Source: Bacteroidota bacterium
GTDB lineage: Bacteria; Bacteroidota; Bacteroidia; UKL13-3
Assembly: GCA_027487835.1 (NCBI GenBank)
Contig: JAIYCU010000020.1
Span: forward strand, 10,970-74,969
Length of the DNA stretch: 64,000 nt
Reading direction: 5' to 3'
Shown here: piece by piece, positions 9,962 to 19,680 of the stretch
How the letters are laid out: each line of letters begins with the position of its first letter
How positions within the stretch are numbered: position 1 is the stretch's first letter
Notes under the pieces: model-generated
The model's input: only the letters and a program-made list of their open reading frames with translations
Told to the model about the DNA's origin: nothing
Databases searched by the model: none
Made by a program: the position numbers and the translations under genes

Positions 9962-10918
9962 TTAATTGGGGAGTTCAGCAGGGCTGAATTCCCCAATTTT
10001 TTTTAGGTTCAATACAGTTGCGCTACCATCTGCCGAGCGCGTAAACATAGGAATAAATTTTGCGCCCCAAACAATTTCACTGGCCGTATAACTATGGCGG
10101 GTATGAACTACTTGAGAATAGGTGTCATCAAAGGCTTTAAACATTACTATTATTTCTGCTTTCATGTCTTCCAAATCTTGTTTTGTAAGGCCTGTTAATG
10201 GACTTTCTTCATTAATTGGATGCACAACGGTCCAGCTTAATGAGAGGGCATTTACTTTACTATATTCAAGGCTTAAGTTGATGAATCTGCGCATATTAGA
10301 TTCTTTGTCTAAGTAATTAAATAGCAAAGTTACCTCACATTCTATTAATTGATTTTTTCTGCCATTTGCAATTCTAAACATCAAGGCAGTCATGTTTTGA
10401 AAAGGCGCAATAATTGCGTTAGGACTATAAATTAACCTGGCCTGTGGCCTTGAGAATCTTCCATAAAGTAAACCTGTAATAAAGGCAAAACTTAATAAAC
10501 CAAAAAGTGCTTCAAATGATGCAATAATATCTGAGGCATTGCCAATGGGATTAATTCTGCCATAACCAACAGTGGTTAAGGTTTGTGCACTAAACGCACT
10601 TACTTCAATAAATTTGGTGAGGGTGTTGGATGTTTCTAAACCCGTTAATTGGTTCAAACCAACCAAATAGTAGGAAAGAGAAAATATCAAGTTAACCACT
10701 ATGAAAAAAGTAATGATTAGCCAAATGAATTGAGACCAACTCATGCTAATTAATTGATGGTATAAACTGATTCGTTCAAAAAATGACTGACCAATTCTTT
10801 CCACATTAAAATTACCATCTTTGCCAAGTAATCGGTCGCCTTGGTTATTTGCAGAGTTGCCAAAGCCCGTATATTTATCAAAGTTAAATCGTTTTTGAAA
10901 CTCGGTAAATTTAGACAT
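9962..10918 (-). CDS. Inward-rectifier-type potassium channel (KirBac-like)
   Basis: Two TM helices flanking a pore helix with selectivity filter TTVGYG; N-terminal RLLGKDGNFNVERIG slide-helix-like segment; C-terminal cytoplasmic beta-rich domain. Confidence 0.75.
   Translation of the reverse strand: MSKFTEFQKRFNFDKYTGFGNSANNQGDRLLGKDGNFNVERIGQSFFERISLYHQLISMSWSQFIWLIITFFIVVNLIFSLSYYLVGLNQLTGLETSNTLTKFIEVSAFSAQTLTTVGYGRINPIGNASDIIASFEALFGLLSFAFITGLLYGRFSRPQARLIYSPNAIIAPFQNMTALMFRIANGRKNQLIECEVTLLFNYLDKESNMRRFINLSLEYSKVNALSLSWTVVHPINEESPLTGLTKQDLEDMKAEIIVMFKAFDDTYSQVVHTRHSYTASEIVWGAKFIPMFTRSADGSATVLNLKKIGEFSPAELPN
9966..10004. terminator. Bidirectional rho-independent terminator (lies inside the 3' codons of the K+ channel gene)
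   Basis: 14-bp stem TTGGGGAGTTCAGC / GCTGAATTCCCCAA with loop AGG, followed by T8. Confidence 0.65.
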
Positions 10919-10936
10919 GCTGTTGAATTATTAAGA

Positions 10937-11587
10937 TTATGATTCAATTGTTTTTAGAATGATTTCACTAATTTCTTTTCCTCTTTCTACAATCATCCAA
11001 TGGCCTCCATTATTAATTAAATGATAAGGAGTGGTAATGTTATTGACAGGAAAAATACGGTCTTTATTCCCATGAATATGAATAATGCTTGGCATTGCTT
11101 CTTCGCTCTTCCAAGATAAGATTGCACCAATGGCCCAATCTAAAAATTCAGGGTCTGTTTCGTCAATTGTTTTGTGTAATGCCCGTCTAGAAATATCATC
11201 TTTTACACTAAAAAAATAGTTAGCAGTAAGGTGGTTCAACCTTTTTAAAGAACTCACAGAAATCACTTTATGTAAAGGTATGAGTCGAGCCAATTTAATA
11301 CCAAAGCTAAGTTGCTTGCTTGTTTGCACACTCGAAATAATGATGCACTTTTTTACCTGAAATTGTTTTGCAATTTCTTTTGCAATCATTCCGCCCATAG
11401 AGAGACCAATAACTATTGCCTCTTCATTGGGTACAAAATAATGTTTCACCAATCGCTGGGCATAATTTGCCAAGCTTTCTTTTTTTATCGGTTTGATCCA
11501 ATCCATGATGATGAAAGGATGGTGTTGCAAATTTAGATTCTTAAAAACTTTTGCATCTGCTCCAAGGCCTGGTATAAGGTAAATCAT
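10937..11587 (-). CDS. Alpha/beta-hydrolase fold protein
   Basis: GLSMGG nucleophile elbow, 216 aa, PGLGAD N-terminus. Confidence 0.6.
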   Translation of the reverse strand: MIYLIPGLGADAKVFKNLNLQHHPFIIMDWIKPIKKESLANYAQRLVKHYFVPNEEAIVIGLSMGGMIAKEIAKQFQVKKCIIISSVQTSKQLSFGIKLARLIPLHKVISVSSLKRLNHLTANYFFSVKDDISRRALHKTIDETDPEFLDWAIGAILSWKSEEAMPSIIHIHGNKDRIFPVNNITTPYHLINNGGHWMIVERGKEISEIILKTIES

Positions 11588-11590
11588 GTA

Positions 11591-13621
11591 TTAGTTAATA
11601 AATTTTTCAAGTTGTCCTTGAAGGGCAAACATTTCATCTCTTAGCCTCGCTGCTTCCATAAACTCTAATTCTTTTGCCGCTCTCATCATTCGTTTTTGAA
11701 CCTCGGCAATTGCTTTTTCTAATTGTGGCTTATTCATATTTTGAATAATAGGATCAGCTGCAATATTTATTTCTTCGTTTTCAATATAAGCTGTTTTAGA
11801 ACCTCCCGATAGCATGTCCGCTACACTGGTTTGGTGCATAATTTCTTCGGTGCTCTTTTTTACAGTAGTAGGAGTAATGCCATGCAGAAGGTTATGTGCT
11901 ATTTGTTTGTCTCGTCTTCTATAATTTTCGTCAATGGTTCTTTGCATGCTATCTGTAATTTTATCAGCATACATAATTACTTTACCGTTTTGGTTTCTTG
12001 CAGCGCGGCCAATCGTTTGGGTTAAGCTTCTTTCGTTTCTTAAGAAGCCTTCTTTATCTGCATCCATAATAGCCACCAAACTTACTTCCGGTAAGTCGAG
12101 GCCTTCTCTTAATAAATTAACTCCAATGAGCACATCAAACTTCCCTAAACGTAAGTCTCTTAAAATTTCAACCCTGTCAATGGTTTTAACTTCACTATGA
12201 ATATACCTGCATTTAACGTTTACTTTAGTCATGTATTTACTAAGTTCTTCTGCCATTCTCTTGGTTAAGGTAGTTATTAAAATTCGGTCGCCCATTTTAA
12301 TACGTTCATCAATTTCATCTAGTAAATCATCCACTTGGTTCAAACAAGGTCTTACTTCAATGGTTGGGTCAAGCAAACCTGTAGGTCTAATTAATTGTTC
12401 CACTACAATACCTTCAGATTCTCTAATTTCATACTCGGCGGGGGTTGCACTTACAAAAATTGTTTGAGGAATCATTGCTTCAAATTCGTTGAATTTTAAA
12501 GGTCTATTGTCTAAGGCTGAGGGAAGTCTAAAACCATATTCTACCAAACTTTCTTTTCTACTTCTATCACCCCCATACATCCCTCTTACTTGGGGTATCG
12601 TAGCGTGGCTTTCATCTACAATGAGTAAAAAATCCTTAGGGAAATAGTCAATTAAACAGAAAGGTCTATCACCAGAATTACGTTGATCCATATACCTGCT
12701 GTAATTTTCAATGCCGCTGCAATAACCTAGTTCCCTTATCATTTCAAGGTCGAAGTTGGTTCTTTCTTCAAGGCGTTTGGCTTCAATAAATTTTCCTATC
12801 GACTTAAAGTAATCTATTTGTTTAACCAAGTCGTCTTGAATTTCTCTAATGGCTCTTTGAAGTTGATCTTTTGGTGTTACATAAATATTTGCAGGAAAAA
12901 TCGCAATGTATTCAACTACCTCAATTTTTTTACCGCTAACAGGTTCAATAATGGATAGTTCTTCTACTTCATCACCAAAGAAATTAATTCTAAAGGCATA
13001 ATCTGCATAAGCAGGAAATACATCCAATACATCACCCTTTACCCTAAAGTTTCCTCTCTGAAAATCTGCTGTGGTTCTGCTATAAAGTGAGTCAACCAAT
13101 TGGTAAAGTACTTTATTTCTAGCTATAACTTCTCCTCTTTTGAGACGCACAATACTACTTGCATAATCTTTAGGATTACCAGCACCATAGATACAACTTA
13201 CCGAGGCGAGTACAATCACATCTCTTCTTCCGCTTAATAAAGATGAAGTAGTTTTTAAACGTAATTTTTCAATCTCATCATTAATTTGCAAGTCTTTTTC
13301 TATATAGGTATTTGAACTAGCGATGTAAGCCTCTGGCTGGTAATAATCGTAATAGGAAACAAAATATTCCACTGCATTGTCTGGAAAAAACTGTTTGAAC
13401 TCACCAAACAATTGCGCCACTAAGGTTTTATTATGGCTGATTATTAAAGTAGGTTTTTGAACTTTTTCAATTACGTTGGCCATGGTAAAAGTTTTACCAG
13501 AGCCTGTAACGCCAAGTAGCACTTGTGCCCTGTCGCCGCGTTCAATGCCTTCTATTAAATTTTTAATGGCATGGGGTTGGTCGCCGGTTGGCTGATAGGG
13601 TGATACTATTTTAAATTCCAT
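11591..13621 (-). CDS. uvrB: Excinuclease ABC subunit B
   Basis: FKIVSPYQPTGDQPHAI...GVTGSGKTF Walker A motif; helicase motifs; C-terminal UvrB/UvrC interaction coiled coil. Confidence 0.95.
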   Translation of the reverse strand: MEFKIVSPYQPTGDQPHAIKNLIEGIERGDRAQVLLGVTGSGKTFTMANVIEKVQKPTLIISHNKTLVAQLFGEFKQFFPDNAVEYFVSYYDYYQPEAYIASSNTYIEKDLQINDEIEKLRLKTTSSLLSGRRDVIVLASVSCIYGAGNPKDYASSIVRLKRGEVIARNKVLYQLVDSLYSRTTADFQRGNFRVKGDVLDVFPAYADYAFRINFFGDEVEELSIIEPVSGKKIEVVEYIAIFPANIYVTPKDQLQRAIREIQDDLVKQIDYFKSIGKFIEAKRLEERTNFDLEMIRELGYCSGIENYSRYMDQRNSGDRPFCLIDYFPKDFLLIVDESHATIPQVRGMYGGDRSRKESLVEYGFRLPSALDNRPLKFNEFEAMIPQTIFVSATPAEYEIRESEGIVVEQLIRPTGLLDPTIEVRPCLNQVDDLLDEIDERIKMGDRILITTLTKRMAEELSKYMTKVNVKCRYIHSEVKTIDRVEILRDLRLGKFDVLIGVNLLREGLDLPEVSLVAIMDADKEGFLRNERSLTQTIGRAARNQNGKVIMYADKITDSMQRTIDENYRRRDKQIAHNLLHGITPTTVKKSTEEIMHQTSVADMLSGGSKTAYIENEEINIAADPIIQNMNKPQLEKAIAEVQKRMMRAAKELEFMEAARLRDEMFALQGQLEKFIN

Positions 13622-14873
13622 GTGCTTCTGCGGTTTCTTCTAATAATAACTTTCTTAACACATCTAATGATTGAATGGCAGTTCTTTGAATGGTTCGTTC
13701 TCTATTATCTCCAAGGTTAAGCAATTTGCAAATTGTTTGATGTGGCGTACTCACCGCAATCCAAACAGTGCCAACAGGCTTTTCAATACTTCCTCCACTG
13801 GGGCCAGCCACACCGCTTGCAGCAATTGCATAATCTGTTTTCAATACTTTTCTTGCTCCTTCTGCCATGGCTTTAACGCAAGCTTCGCTAACCGCACCTT
13901 GTGTTGAGATAACGCTTGGGTCAACCCCTAATTGATTAATCTTAACATCATTGGCATAGCTTACAATTGAACCTTTAAAATAAGCAGAGCTTCCTGCTTG
14001 CAAAGTGATAGCGTGGGCTATATATCCGCCTGTACAACTTTCTGCTGTGCTCAATGTTTTTCTTCTTCCTTTAAGTAACATTCCAACTACTTGCGAAAGA
14101 CTATCTTCCCCTTCTCCATAAATATATTCACCAACTGTTTCATAGAGTTTTTGAATAATAGGTATTAAAGTTTCTTGTAATTCATGTTCGTTATCTCCAT
14201 AGGCACTAAAGCGCAAGCGGACCATTCCAACAGCAGGCAAGTATGCTAACTTAATGTGAGTAGGCAAAGCATCTTCAATAGCGGCAATTTTTTTGGCCAA
14301 AAAACTTTCTCCAATATTGCAAGTAAGAATAGTTCTATGCACAATAGATGGAAATGAAAAGGTTTGCTTCAGTAAAGGAATTGCTTCTTCTTCAAAAATT
14401 GTTTTCATTTCAAAAGGCACACCCGGCATACTGATATAAACTTTATTGTTTTCAAAAAACCACATGCCAGGGGCTGTTCCATTTCTATTCCAAAGCACCT
14501 TACAGTTTTCTGGCACCATGGCTTGTTGATTATTGGATGCTAACATGGGTAAATTTCGCATCTTAAAAATAGAACTCACCCATGATAATACTTTTTCGTT
14601 TTGAACCAATTGTGTGTTAAAAAAATCACATAAAGTAAGTTTGGTGATATCATCTTTTGTTGGACCCAAGCCGCCAGTTATAACAATGATATCACTTCGC
14701 ATGCTAGCCTGCGAAAGCCCGTCTAGTATGGCTTGCCTTGAATCTGATAATGCAGATTTGTGATGCACATGAATGCCTAATTGATTTAATTGTTGACCCA
14801 ACCATGAAGAGTTTGTATCTATTACTTGACCCAATAATAACTCATCCCCAATCGTAATTATTTCTGCTTTCAT
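13611..14873 (-). CDS. cinA: Competence/damage-inducible protein CinA (MoCF-binding domain plus nicotinamide-nucleotide amidase domain)
   Basis: MKAEIITIGDELLLGQVIDTNSSWL N-terminus; 420 aa. Confidence 0.85.
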   Translation of the reverse strand: MKAEIITIGDELLLGQVIDTNSSWLGQQLNQLGIHVHHKSALSDSRQAILDGLSQASMRSDIIVITGGLGPTKDDITKLTLCDFFNTQLVQNEKVLSWVSSIFKMRNLPMLASNNQQAMVPENCKVLWNRNGTAPGMWFFENNKVYISMPGVPFEMKTIFEEEAIPLLKQTFSFPSIVHRTILTCNIGESFLAKKIAAIEDALPTHIKLAYLPAVGMVRLRFSAYGDNEHELQETLIPIIQKLYETVGEYIYGEGEDSLSQVVGMLLKGRRKTLSTAESCTGGYIAHAITLQAGSSAYFKGSIVSYANDVKINQLGVDPSVISTQGAVSEACVKAMAEGARKVLKTDYAIAASGVAGPSGGSIEKPVGTVWIAVSTPHQTICKLLNLGDNRERTIQRTAIQSLDVLRKLLLEETAEAHGI

Positions 14874-15322
14874 TGTTTGAAATATGTTGCCTTAAAGGTA
14901 ATAGGAGTTGATTGAATAATAAAAGTAAAAGTTTTAATAAATATGTATAAAAAAATATACTCATTTTAAGCTTAATCATCATTTTTTTTCAAAGCCTTTA
15001 TTCTTTTATTTTATAAACATGCTAAGGCATAAACTTTGAATATATAAACTTATAATTATTTATGTAAACGATGGGAGGTCTATATTTTACAGATGTTTCA
15101 AGGTTTGTGCTAATTGCTAATTCGTTAACTTTGATGCTTACTTAAATAAAATCATGTTGTTTGGATTAAAAATAAATTTACTTTTTTTTAAAGTAGTTAA
15201 TCACATTTTTTTAATCACATTAATCTCTGAAGATATTAATAAAATCAATATCTCGCATTAATCGTTCGTAGTTATCAACAAGTATAGGTGGTAATTTTTT
15301 TTAGTTGATTTACAGATAGTAC

Positions 15323-15352
15323 TTGAATTTATTATTTGTACATATAACTTTG
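15323..15352 (+). promoter_or_regulatory. Candidate Bacteroidota sigma-A promoter (TTG-N19-TAACTTTG) for the histone-like gene
   Basis: TTG at 15323-15325 and TAACTTTG at 15345-15352, about 30 nt upstream of the ATG; inside a 510-bp AT-rich intergenic region. Confidence 0.45.
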
Positions 15353-15382
15353 TTATCGTAATCAATCAAATTTTATATAATA

Positions 15383-15673
15383 ATGGCAACAACTAAAAAA
15401 GCTAAAAAAGCAGCGCCAAAGAAAGCTGCAGCTAAGAAGGCAGCAACTAAGAAGGCTGCTCCTAAAAAAGCAGCAGCTAAAAAAGCTGCAACTAAGAAAG
15501 CAGCTCCTAAGAAAGCAGCAGCTAAAAAAGTGGCAACTAAAAAAGCAGCTCCTAAGAAAGCAGCTAAAAAAGCAGCTACTAAAAAAGCGGCTCCTAAGAA
15601 AGCAGCTACTAAGAAAGTTGCAACTAAGAAAGCTGCTCCTAAGAAAGCTGCTGCAAAGAAAGCTTCAAAGTAA
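15383..15673 (+). CDS. Histone H1-like, Lys/Ala-rich DNA-binding protein
   Basis: 96 aa made almost entirely of KKAA(A/T/P)KK repeats, like the eukaryotic H1 C-terminal tail and bacterial Hc1/AlgP-type proteins; the DNA is a tandem ~18-nt repeat array. Confidence 0.75.
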   Translation: MATTKKAKKAAPKKAAAKKAATKKAAPKKAAAKKAATKKAAPKKAAAKKVATKKAAPKKAAKKAATKKAAPKKAATKKVATKKAAPKKAAAKKASK

Positions 15674-15691
15674 TTTTTGCTTAGTTAAAAG

Positions 15692-15722
15692 AAAAAAAGA
15701 CCTCATTGAGGTCTTTTTTTTT
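15692..15722. terminator. Bidirectional rho-independent terminator (A7-hairpin-T9)
   Basis: AAAAAAA-GACCTC-att-GAGGTC-TTTTTTTTT; serves the histone-like gene (+) and mfd (-). Confidence 0.8.
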
Positions 15723-15892
15723 ATATTGCTAAATGATGAAAAGGATAATTGTACTTCTCTTTTTAGGTTCTTTTTTGTTCATGCTAATACCAGCATGCAA
15801 AACAAAGGCAAAGCGCTGCGCTCAGTTTGATAATGCAGATTCAGACTACAAACTTAAACGCGATAGAAACGGTCGGGTCAAAAAGTAACTGC

Positions 15893-18800
15893 TTAACTTT
15901 TCCAGTTAAGTATTTGCCACAAATTATGCATTCCTTGTTTAATAGTATTTACTTCAAATACCACAATGGCTAAAGATTGGTTTGTTTGCTTTAACCTTCC
16001 CCATTTAGGATGACTTTGTACAAAGCCTAAAATATTGCTAAATAATTCAGATTCGTAGTAATGCTTTTTATTTTCTGGAGGGAAATAGGCTATGAGTTGA
16101 CTCTTTTTCAAAATCATTTTTTCAAATCCTAATTGTTTGCCAAGTTCTCTTAACCTAATTAAGTTAACTAAATCATGCACCTGTGTTGGTACATTACCAA
16201 ACCTGTCGTGTAACTGAGCAGTAAACTGTGTTAATTCCTCATCCGTGTGTAAAGAGGCTAAGGCATTATATAAGCTCAATCGCTCCCCAATATTCCGAAC
16301 ATAATCATCTGGTATTAGGGCTTCCAAATCTGTTTCTAAATTGCAATCTACCGATTCTACTTTTTGAACACTTAATTCATCCTTAAACAAATCTGCAAAC
16401 TCATCTTCTTTCAGTTCATGTATCGCTTCATCTAGAATTTTATGATACATTTCAAATCCAATTTCTGCAATAAATCCACTTTGTTCTCCTCCTAATAAAT
16501 TTCCAGCACCTCTGATGTCAAGGTCGCGCATAGCTACATTAAAACCACTACCCAATTCGCTAAACTCTTCAATGGCTTGTAACCTGCGTCTTGCATCATT
16601 GGTTAAGCTAGTCATAGAGGGTACCAATAAATAGCAAAAGGCTTTTGTATTGCTTCTCCCTACACGTCCTCTCATCTGGTGTAAATCACTTAACCCAAAC
16701 ATGTGAGCATTATTTATTATTATGGTATTGGCATTTGAAATATCCAAACCTGCCTCTATAATCGTGGTTGCAACAAGTACATCATATTCTCCTTCAATAA
16801 ACTTAATCATTACATCTTCAAGTTTATCTCCTTCTAATTGCCCATGCGCTACACCCACTTTAATACCTTTACAAATGTTTTCAAGGTGCTTGGCTACTTC
16901 ATAAATATCTTTTACACGATGATGCACAAAGAATACTTGCCCCCCTCTTTCAACTTCATAATTAATGGCATCTGCGATGGTGGTATCATTATAATTATGC
17001 ATTTCTGTGCTTACCGGTTGTCTATTGGCCGGTGGTGTATTAATAACAGACAAATCTCTAGCGCCCATCAAAGAAAAATGCAAGGTTCTTGGTATAGGGG
17101 TTGCAGTTAAGGTTAGGGTATCTACGTTTGTTTTTATACCCTTTAATTTTTCTTTGGCCGCTACTCCAAATTTTTGCTCTTCATCAATTATCAGTAGTCC
17201 TAACTCTTTAAATTTAATTTCTTTACTTAAGATTTTATGAGTGCCAATTACAATATCTAATTTGCCTTCCTGTAATTTTTTCATAACCTCCTTTTGCTCT
17301 GTATTCGTTTTGAACCTATTGATATAATCAATATTACAAGGGAAGTCTTTGAGCCTTTCTTTAAATGTTCTATAATGCTGGTTAGCAAGAATGGTAGTTG
17401 GCACAAGAATGGCAACTTGTTTGTTATCACAAACAGCTTTAAAGGCGGCACGAATAGCAATTTCAGTTTTTCCAAATCCAACATCACCACAAATGAGGCG
17501 GTCCATAGGATGTGGATTTTCCATGTCTTTTTTCACATCAACCGTTGCCTTCACTTGGTCTGGCGTATCCTCATACATAAAAGAAGCTTCTAATTCAACT
17601 TGCATGTAATTATCTGGTGCAAAAGCAAAGCCTTTTTGAGATTTCCTTGTGGCATAAAGTTTAATAAGGTCGCGCGCAATGTCTTTTACTTTTTTCTTGG
17701 TATTATTTTTTAATTTCTCCCACGCATCACTTCCTAATTTATTCATTTTAGGAATGGCACCATCTTTACCAACATACTTAGTTATTTTATGCAAGGAGTT
17801 TATGCTCACATACAATAAATCATTGTCTCTGTATACTAATCTTACCGCTTCTTGCAGCTGTCCGTTAATTTCTATTTTCTCAAGACCTGCAAACTTGCCA
17901 ATGCCATGATCTATATGGGTAACAAAATCACCAGGCCTTAATTCTCGAAGTTCTTTTAGGGTTATCACCTTGCTAGAGGTATAACCACTTTTAAGTTTAC
18001 CTTTATAAAATCTATCAAAAATTTGATGCTCGGTATAAATGGCCAACTTTGTATCTCTATCAATAAAGCCTCCGCTTAAGCCATGGTAAACCGGACTAAA
18101 TTTCACTTCCTTGTCTAGGTCCTCAAAAATGGTATATAAACGTTCAATTTGTCTGCTGCTTTCAGAGAAAATCAAATTTACATAGTCTTGCTTTTGATTC
18201 TCTTTTAGATTTTCTATGAGTAGTTTAAAGTTTTTGTGAAAGAGCGGCTGCGGACTCATATTAAACTCAAATACCGAAGCAGATTTTTTACTAAACCTTG
18301 TTCCAAAACCTATTTGTGTGAAAGGTTCTAGTACTTTTTTTAATTGAGAAACATCCATCCAAGTTTCAGCCACCGAACTAAAACTAATTTCATGCGGACC
18401 ATCATATTTTTTTGGGTCAAAGCTAGCGGCCCGCTCCAAGCCTTTTGAAATCTGGTCAAAAGAAAAGCTATCATCTTTCCACCAGATTAATGTTTCTTTT
18501 GGGAGGTAATCAAAAAAACTTTGCTTTAGGCTTATTTCTTTTTGAACATTTGGAATGATAAAAAAGCGGTCTACTCTTTTAGTACTTAATTGGTCTACTG
18601 GATTAAAAATTCTAATGCCTTCAATAGTATCCCCATTTAATTCAATGCGATAAGGTAAATCATTGCTAAATGAAAAAACATCTATTATACCGCCTCTTAT
18701 ACTAAAGGTACCTGCCTCATAAACAAAGTCGCTTCTTTCAAAATGATGTTCTGTTAAAAATTCTATAAAAAACTCTAAGTCGAATGGGTCACCCTGTTTT

Positions 18801-19240
18801 ATTTCAAATGTATTTTGATTTAAATCTTTTTCGCTCATTACCCACTCGCAAATAGCATCTGCAGTAGTTATTACCCATTCATTCTTACTATAATGTTGGT
18901 TAAGTCTATTTAAAACTTCTGCACGTTCAAGTACCAATTGGTTTTGCAAAGTTTCTGGCTGAAAACTTCTTTTATAGGAAGCCGGAAAATAATTGATGGT
19001 TTTTCCCTCGCACAATTGTTCGGCATCGCCAGCAAAATATCTTGCTTCTTCAATGTCTTGGCAAATTACCAACATTGGCAAGTTCAACTTTTCATAGATA
19101 CTAGCACTCAAAAGGGCAGGGGCAGCGCCTTGCAAACCTTTTATGTGTAGGTGTTTGGCTGTTTTATCCTGAATTGTTTTTAATATGGCTGCCGCTTGCT
19201 CAGCGCTGGTCCAAGCCGACAGAATTTCGGAAAGCTTCAT
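15893..19240 (-). CDS. mfd: Transcription-repair coupling factor
   Basis: 1115 aa; UvrB-homology N-terminal domain, RNAP-interaction domain, DEEQ-box superfamily-2 helicase motifs, TRCF C-terminal domain. Confidence 0.95.
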   Translation of the reverse strand: MKLSEILSAWTSAEQAAAILKTIQDKTAKHLHIKGLQGAAPALLSASIYEKLNLPMLVICQDIEEARYFAGDAEQLCEGKTINYFPASYKRSFQPETLQNQLVLERAEVLNRLNQHYSKNEWVITTADAICEWVMSEKDLNQNTFEIKQGDPFDLEFFIEFLTEHHFERSDFVYEAGTFSIRGGIIDVFSFSNDLPYRIELNGDTIEGIRIFNPVDQLSTKRVDRFFIIPNVQKEISLKQSFFDYLPKETLIWWKDDSFSFDQISKGLERAASFDPKKYDGPHEISFSSVAETWMDVSQLKKVLEPFTQIGFGTRFSKKSASVFEFNMSPQPLFHKNFKLLIENLKENQKQDYVNLIFSESSRQIERLYTIFEDLDKEVKFSPVYHGLSGGFIDRDTKLAIYTEHQIFDRFYKGKLKSGYTSSKVITLKELRELRPGDFVTHIDHGIGKFAGLEKIEINGQLQEAVRLVYRDNDLLYVSINSLHKITKYVGKDGAIPKMNKLGSDAWEKLKNNTKKKVKDIARDLIKLYATRKSQKGFAFAPDNYMQVELEASFMYEDTPDQVKATVDVKKDMENPHPMDRLICGDVGFGKTEIAIRAAFKAVCDNKQVAILVPTTILANQHYRTFKERLKDFPCNIDYINRFKTNTEQKEVMKKLQEGKLDIVIGTHKILSKEIKFKELGLLIIDEEQKFGVAAKEKLKGIKTNVDTLTLTATPIPRTLHFSLMGARDLSVINTPPANRQPVSTEMHNYNDTTIADAINYEVERGGQVFFVHHRVKDIYEVAKHLENICKGIKVGVAHGQLEGDKLEDVMIKFIEGEYDVLVATTIIEAGLDISNANTIIINNAHMFGLSDLHQMRGRVGRSNTKAFCYLLVPSMTSLTNDARRRLQAIEEFSELGSGFNVAMRDLDIRGAGNLLGGEQSGFIAEIGFEMYHKILDEAIHELKEDEFADLFKDELSVQKVESVDCNLETDLEALIPDDYVRNIGERLSLYNALASLHTDEELTQFTAQLHDRFGNVPTQVHDLVNLIRLRELGKQLGFEKMILKKSQLIAYFPPENKKHYYESELFSNILGFVQSHPKWGRLKQTNQSLAIVVFEVNTIKQGMHNLWQILNWKS

Positions 19241-19282
19241 GTGTAATCTTAGTATCGGGTTGCAATATAAAGCCCCGTAGCG

Positions 19283-19537
19283 CTAATTTTGTTCTCTACA
19301 CCTGATTACTTTTATTTCATCGCCATTTGGAATAATTCCAAAGTCATAGCAATACAAACAGGTTTCTCCCGATTCTGATATTTCGAGGTGGGTATGGTAC
19401 TTAAATTTAAATCCCATTTCTTGCAATTTTGTATTTGAAACCTGAATATGTTCCTGCTCATTAAATTTTAAAAAATGCCCTAATATCATTCTGTTCCTTC
19501 TCAAATACTGATTGATTTGTTTCACATTTTGGTTCAA
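19283..19537 (-). CDS. Hypothetical protein (84 aa)
   Basis: ORF only; C-terminal CLYC...C cysteines; upstream flank holds a cryptic zinc-ribbon-like frame and an A22 tract (see findings). Confidence 0.4.
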   Translation of the reverse strand: MNQNVKQINQYLRRNRMILGHFLKFNEQEHIQVSNTKLQEMGFKFKYHTHLEISESGETCLYCYDFGIIPNGDEIKVIRCREQN

Positions 19538-19634
19538 CCCAAAAGCTTTAGAATTGTTGAAACTACTACGGCAATGGTCGTCGCAGAACTTTTTATCACT
19601 TCGACCTAGTAGCGGTTCACCGCAACGTAGGCAG

Positions 19635-19656
19635 TTTTTTTTTTTTTTTTTTTTTT
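19635..19656. repeat. Homopolymeric T22 (A22 on the minus strand) tract
   Basis: 22 consecutive T residues between the yggS-like stop and the 84-aa ORF. Confidence 0.9.
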
Positions 19657-19680
19657 ACTTTTTCATCAAGTAAGTAAAAT

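Noticed and set aside
15383-15673. Tandem DNA repeats that could be mistaken for a CRISPR array or minisatellite
   Set aside because: The repeats are in-frame 18-nt coding repeats (KKAA units) inside an ORF with promoter and terminator; there are no spacer-repeat alternation and no cas genes.
15618-15830. 70-aa plus-strand ORF overlapping the end of the histone-like gene and its terminator
   Set aside because: Runs through a strong bidirectional terminator and is translated from the repeat array in an alternative frame; spurious.
16722-17909. Several 60-100 aa plus-strand ORFs inside mfd (and similar antisense ORFs inside uvrB, coxI, mutS2, dnaB, the TonB receptor)
   Set aside because: Fully nested antisense to long, well-supported genes, low-complexity translations; shadow ORFs.
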